From NCBI GenBank assembly GCA_044356215.1, contig JBIKWQ010000025.1, forward strand, positions 1 through 43,191: 43,191 bases of DNA, read 5' to 3'. Under the pieces are notes generated by a model. That model ran no database searches and was not told the origin of the DNA. It worked only from the letters and a program-made list of their open reading frames with translations. This document shows positions 39,432 through 43,191 of this stretch, piece after piece (the stretch's first letter is position 1; the number at the start of each line of letters is the position of its first letter). The position numbers were made by a program, and so were the translations under genes. Source of the DNA: Bdellovibrionota bacterium (lineage in GTDB: Bacteria; Bdellovibrionota_C; UBA2361; OMII01).

Positions 39432-41015
39432 TTGGGTGTTTTTATGGTCAAGCGAAGTCCTAATGGATTGATATACAGCTTTAATCCGGAGACGCTCTTT
39501 ACCCAAGAGTATTACAATCCATATATTGCCGTTACGCAGATTGCGATTGGATTGCATGGGAAAAATTTCGGGGACAGCATAGTCGCTATTCCATGCTGCC
39601 TAAAGGAATACTTGCGATATGTAGGTCGTAGCCCTAGCCTTATTGGCTCAAACTCAGGGGCAGGTTCACTAGATGTGGCGTCGGGGGGCCCAGATGAGTG
39701 CCTAGCAGTTGGGCCGAGTATATTCTTCGAGGCATTTGCTGACTACGTCGCGGAAAAAGCGCCCAATGAGGGCTTGGCGAGCAAGCTTTATGTTAGCGGC
39801 GGGATATGGCGATTTCAATCGTGCACATTCGATCGGGAAGAGGGCGAACGAGAATTGTATCTGAACAAGGAGCTAGTTCTCTATAATGCTGATATACAGG
39901 AGGGCAGCGCCGACCTGAGTCAAGAAGAGCACAAGTACACGCGAGTAGCGTTCCGAAGCAGGAATTTAATCTTTGTTGATTCAGAGAAGATTGAGAAGTC
40001 ATTCGGAGATCAATATAGGCTCTTGAAAGAGCAGGATTTGTCTAGGGAAGTTTTCACGCAGTCACTGGTATCCTTTATCGCCCAAAATAATATAAGCGAA
40101 GAAGACTATATCCAGATCTGTGGAATCGAATGGACAGGAAGCTCTTTTAAGAGAGAGGCAAAAAACTGGGCATTCACTCGGACCGGTGAGACAACTGATT
40201 TTATAAACGAGATAACCCTTGCCTTTGCCGCGGAGCTAGTGAGGCATGATGTTGCTGGTGGTGATGATATAAAGTGGTTAAAGGCGCTGTTTCCAGAAGA
40301 GCATAGCGATCATTTAGCTAAAACAGTCTGTCTTTGGCTATCTGTGCACTTAGGGGCGTGCCTAGATGTGATAGACAGACATATCTCAGAAAAAAATTAT
40401 GGAGGAGCCGCTCTAGCATTTCTTCACCTAATGTCGGAAATGGAATCTCTGGATAGGCATTATCCCGGCGCTCTTCAAGACCAGAGCAACCAGGGGCCGC
40501 TAATAGGAATGTTTTCTCGGATTAGCGCTAGGCAAGTTGACGATAAGGTCGTTGAAGAAGGAGAGCGCCGTGAATTATTAGAGAGCACGATTAAGAATAA
40601 AACAGCCGATACTAAAACTTTCGCAACATGGGCCCACAATCTAATCGATAAAGTCTATCATGATCTCTTTTACTCCGATAAGGAGCGTGAGGAGATATTT
40701 GCGAGCAGACAACAGGAACTCGGTATCAAGCTACCGCCGGTAGCTGATATCAAAGCTCCCCCCCAAAAGCCTACTATCGGCGTTAGCCAACTGAACAATG
40801 ACCCATCGATTGATCCTCGGGAATTGATTTACGACAGGCTCTCTTGCAAGATCTCGCTTTGTAGTATCACCGGCAAGTCGGTAAACCTTTCATGGGAGAA
40901 GGAATTTGTCTTAGAAAACCAGCTTTTCCTGGAATGTTCCATGACGGTGAAGACGAGACCTGCGTTCCTTTTATTAGAGCGTGCGAGATCCTCCGAGATG
41001 CGGGGGAACATCTAG
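39432..41015 (+). CDS. Hypothetical protein; first copy of an unknown ~400-aa domain, possibly the 5' part of a frameshifted gene
   Basis: 527-codon ORF; shares colinear motifs with the N-terminal half of the next ORF, which it overlaps by 124 nt. Confidence 0.7.
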   Translation: MGVFMVKRSPNGLIYSFNPETLFTQEYYNPYIAVTQIAIGLHGKNFGDSIVAIPCCLKEYLRYVGRSPSLIGSNSGAGSLDVASGGPDECLAVGPSIFFEAFADYVAEKAPNEGLASKLYVSGGIWRFQSCTFDREEGERELYLNKELVLYNADIQEGSADLSQEEHKYTRVAFRSRNLIFVDSEKIEKSFGDQYRLLKEQDLSREVFTQSLVSFIAQNNISEEDYIQICGIEWTGSSFKREAKNWAFTRTGETTDFINEITLAFAAELVRHDVAGGDDIKWLKALFPEEHSDHLAKTVCLWLSVHLGACLDVIDRHISEKNYGGAALAFLHLMSEMESLDRHYPGALQDQSNQGPLIGMFSRISARQVDDKVVEEGERRELLESTIKNKTADTKTFATWAHNLIDKVYHDLFYSDKEREEIFASRQQELGIKLPPVADIKAPPQKPTIGVSQLNNDPSIDPRELIYDRLSCKISLCSITGKSVNLSWEKEFVLENQLFLECSMTVKTRPAFLLLERARSSEMRGNI

Positions 41016-42673
41016 GCATACCGTACGGAAAGATTTATGACTGTAGAGAGAGAGATGGCCATTTCGAGAACCATGACTGCGAATTCGATCCGCGATCGCC
41101 GGTTCCTAAAACCTACCTTGGGCAGAAGTTTTTAGAGATACGAGGAGTGATAAAGGGCCCTGCCCCCTTGTCGTTATCAACCAGTCGTTTCGCGATCTAC
41201 AACCCGGAGCTTAGCGCTAGGAATTTTTGGGATCTACTGGAGACTCTTAAGAGGGACGACAAATTCGATCGAGATTTTTATAAAAAGTTTTTGATTCCGG
41301 CGGAAGCCAACCGAGCCCACTACGCTGAGATCGCGGGGGTAGACCGCCGAAAATACGGGAGCATCAGAGTCTCCCATGACGAAATCTTTACGGGCCTTGT
41401 GAACTCAAACTCTGAAGACTCACGGAGAAGAACGATATCTGGGTGTATTTCGAAGTCCGGTTCAACCGCGACGGATCTTGCTCCGGGTCTCATAGAGGAT
41501 GTGTCGCGGAATCTGGGCGGGCTCTTATTACAGATCGAGGAATATATCGTAAATTATAGGATTAAAGACGCTAAGTTGGCGTTTCTGAATTTTATATTTC
41601 ATGAGGACCATTATTATCGGCTGCAAAACGATCAGAAGATAATATCTCCAGAGCGGAAGAGCTGCGCTAGTTTCACGTTCTTGGAGCTGGCAAAATCTTT
41701 AAAATGCGATCCACGAGATGTTAAGTTAAAAATTAAAGAGCTCGAGCAAGATCTAGATGCCCTTGACTTTGTTATCGCGGCAAGAAGGCTTCTTAAGGAT
41801 ACCCATGACCGTCTATTCTACTCAGAGCAGGAGCGGCGCGAGCTTATTTCGCAGGGACAAGAGCCTGTTGTCTCCACCACCGAGAGAGATGCCGATAGCC
41901 CCAAGCTAACAGTGATAGTTCCAGCCTTCAACGAAGCTGACCGGATTCGCCCTCCATTACAAGGTATTATTAAATATCTAGACGCGCGGGGCGCGCCGTA
42001 CGAAGTGATCGTGGTAGACGATGGCAGTGAAGATAATACAGCAGGATTAGTCAACGAGTTGGCTAAGCAGCACCCCCAGGTTCGGTGTGTGAGAGTTGAG
42101 AAGAACACAGGAAAAGGCAATGCAGTCCGCATAGGAATGAGGCTCGCTAAGGGCGAGTTGGTGCTTTTTACAGATGCTGATGGGGCTACGCCGATTGAGG
42201 AGCTTGAGAAGCTTCAGAGGCAGCTAATTGATGGAGGTTTGCAGATCGCGATCGGGTCGCGCGCAAGTGATGGAACGGGCGCGACTCAAGTTGATTCGAC
42301 TTGGTGGCGAAGAGCAGTGGGAAGGGTCTTTAATTTTGCGGTGAGTGGAGCGCTCCTCTCAGGAGTTAAGGACACGCAGTGTGGATTTAAGCTCTTTACC
42401 TCGGAGGCGGCTAAGTTTCTATCGGCCGAGCAGAGGTCTGATGGCTATAGTTTCGATGTTGAGCTGCTTTATATGGCGCGTAGGGCAGAGATGTTGATCG
42501 GAGAGGTCTCAGTAAATTGGCATGATCGGCCAGGCTCAAAGGTGAAAGTCTGGCGAGATGGGATGAAGATGTTTCTTGATCTGCTTAAGTTTAGATTTCA
42601 GCACCGAGATATTAATCCGGAATCGTATCGGGAGTATTGTGAGGTTAGGAGGGAGATGGGGGCGCACTCCTAG
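40892..42673 (+). CDS. Unknown N-terminal domain fused to a GT2 polyprenyl-phosphate glycosyltransferase (dolichyl-P-glucose synthase-like)
   Basis: C-terminal ~255 aa: VIVPAFNE..RI, VVDDGSED, GKGNAVR.G, FTDADGATP, IAIGSR, DTQCGFKLF, FDVELL, GSKV. Confidence 0.88.
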   Translation: MGEGICLRKPAFPGMFHDGEDETCVPFIRACEILRDAGEHLGIPYGKIYDCRERDGHFENHDCEFDPRSPVPKTYLGQKFLEIRGVIKGPAPLSLSTSRFAIYNPELSARNFWDLLETLKRDDKFDRDFYKKFLIPAEANRAHYAEIAGVDRRKYGSIRVSHDEIFTGLVNSNSEDSRRRTISGCISKSGSTATDLAPGLIEDVSRNLGGLLLQIEEYIVNYRIKDAKLAFLNFIFHEDHYYRLQNDQKIISPERKSCASFTFLELAKSLKCDPRDVKLKIKELEQDLDALDFVIAARRLLKDTHDRLFYSEQERRELISQGQEPVVSTTERDADSPKLTVIVPAFNEADRIRPPLQGIIKYLDARGAPYEVIVVDDGSEDNTAGLVNELAKQHPQVRCVRVEKNTGKGNAVRIGMRLAKGELVLFTDADGATPIEELEKLQRQLIDGGLQIAIGSRASDGTGATQVDSTWWRRAVGRVFNFAVSGALLSGVKDTQCGFKLFTSEAAKFLSAEQRSDGYSFDVELLYMARRAEMLIGEVSVNWHDRPGSKVKVWRDGMKMFLDLLKFRFQHRDINPESYREYCEVRREMGAHS

Positions 42674-42698
42674 GTGTGTCGCATTAGTTGCCCCAAAC

Positions 42699-42727
42699 TT
42701 GACATTTTGTGCCCTCAGAGATAGAAT
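42699..42727 (+). promoter_or_regulatory. Sigma70 promoter of the parDE-like module
   Basis: TTGACA (42699-42704)-N17-TAGAAT (42722-42727). Confidence 0.75.
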
Positions 42728-42762
42728 AAGATAAAGGCTGTTAATTTAGCTATGAGGTGACT

Positions 42763-43047
42763 ATGTCCGACCGCGGAGCTTCAGATCGTATTAATGCTCG
42801 TTTGTCAGGGGCTTTGTCTGAGTTCGTCGCGCGCATAGTTGGCGTGTCGGGACTTTATGAAACCCCCAGTGAGTATATCCGTGACCTGATTCGTCGTGAT
42901 ATGGAGCGTCGGGAAGGACAAGTGGCACAAGACGCGATTCTTGATGGGCATCGAGACTTAGCGGCAGGCAGGACCTTCGTGTCGTCTGGCGATTTCAAGA
43001 CAGATATGAAGACGCTTGACCGCAGAGAGTCTGAAGACTGGAAATGA
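42763..43047 (+). CDS. parD: ParD-like ribbon-helix-helix antitoxin
   Basis: G.YETPSEYIRDLIRRD motif; RBS gagg before ATG 42763. Confidence 0.82.
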   Translation: MSDRGASDRINARLSGALSEFVARIVGVSGLYETPSEYIRDLIRRDMERREGQVAQDAILDGHRDLAAGRTFVSSGDFKTDMKTLDRRESEDWK

Positions 43048-43130
43048 GCAAGTCTCAGGTATTCTATCTAACGCGCCGCGCTGCTCTAGACTTGGCTAGA
43101 TTTGCAAATGAACTAAGCAACACCTGCTAA
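43044..43130 (+). pseudogene. Truncated ParE-like toxin (28 codons)
   Basis: ATGA overlap with the antitoxin stop; MSKSQVFYLTRRAALDL is a typical ParE N-terminus, then the sequence diverges and stops at 43128-43130. Confidence 0.7.
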
Positions 43131-43191
43131 GATAAGTTTACGTGTTCTTGATTTCTTAAGCTACCCCGCCGTGAATTTATAATTCACTACC

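Overview
Bacterial chromosome segment (standard genetic code) spanning the replication origin: dnaA-oriC-dnaN-recF-gyrB, with atpB-atpE divergent from dnaA where rpmH usually sits, and no gyrA after gyrB. The split atp operon and leader-bearing c subunit suggest a deltaproteobacteria-like lineage such as Bdellovibrionota (inference only). Other core genes: a DUF2322-DapD fusion, an imuA-imuB-dnaE2 mutasome cassette, a four-gene CDP-deoxysugar cluster lacking its dehydratase, an rlmE-mlaEFDC-rnhA-GDPD operon, uvrD/pcrA and a Ser/Thr kinase-CHASE2 receptor. Accessory material is interleaved: five TA modules (one with a truncated toxin), two AAA+/DUF4143-type ATPases each behind its own palindromic operator, several palindromic repeat elements and orphan ORFs. 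Leading candidates for something new: (1) a tandemly duplicated unknown domain of about 400 aa, split by an apparent -1 frameshift and fused to a GT2 glycosyltransferase; (2) a perfect 15-bp inverted repeat over the imuA -10 box, a possible new SOS operator; (3) an unannotated 36-aa very basic protein with its own promoter and RBS; (4) a 163-bp MITE with a 9-bp target duplication that carries a second nested palindrome and has a 44-bp sibling 15 kb away; (5) a second DnaA-box/IHF cluster separated from dnaA by atpBE. No rRNA, tRNA, CRISPR array or intact transposase was recognised. All family calls come from motif recognition by eye, not database searches.
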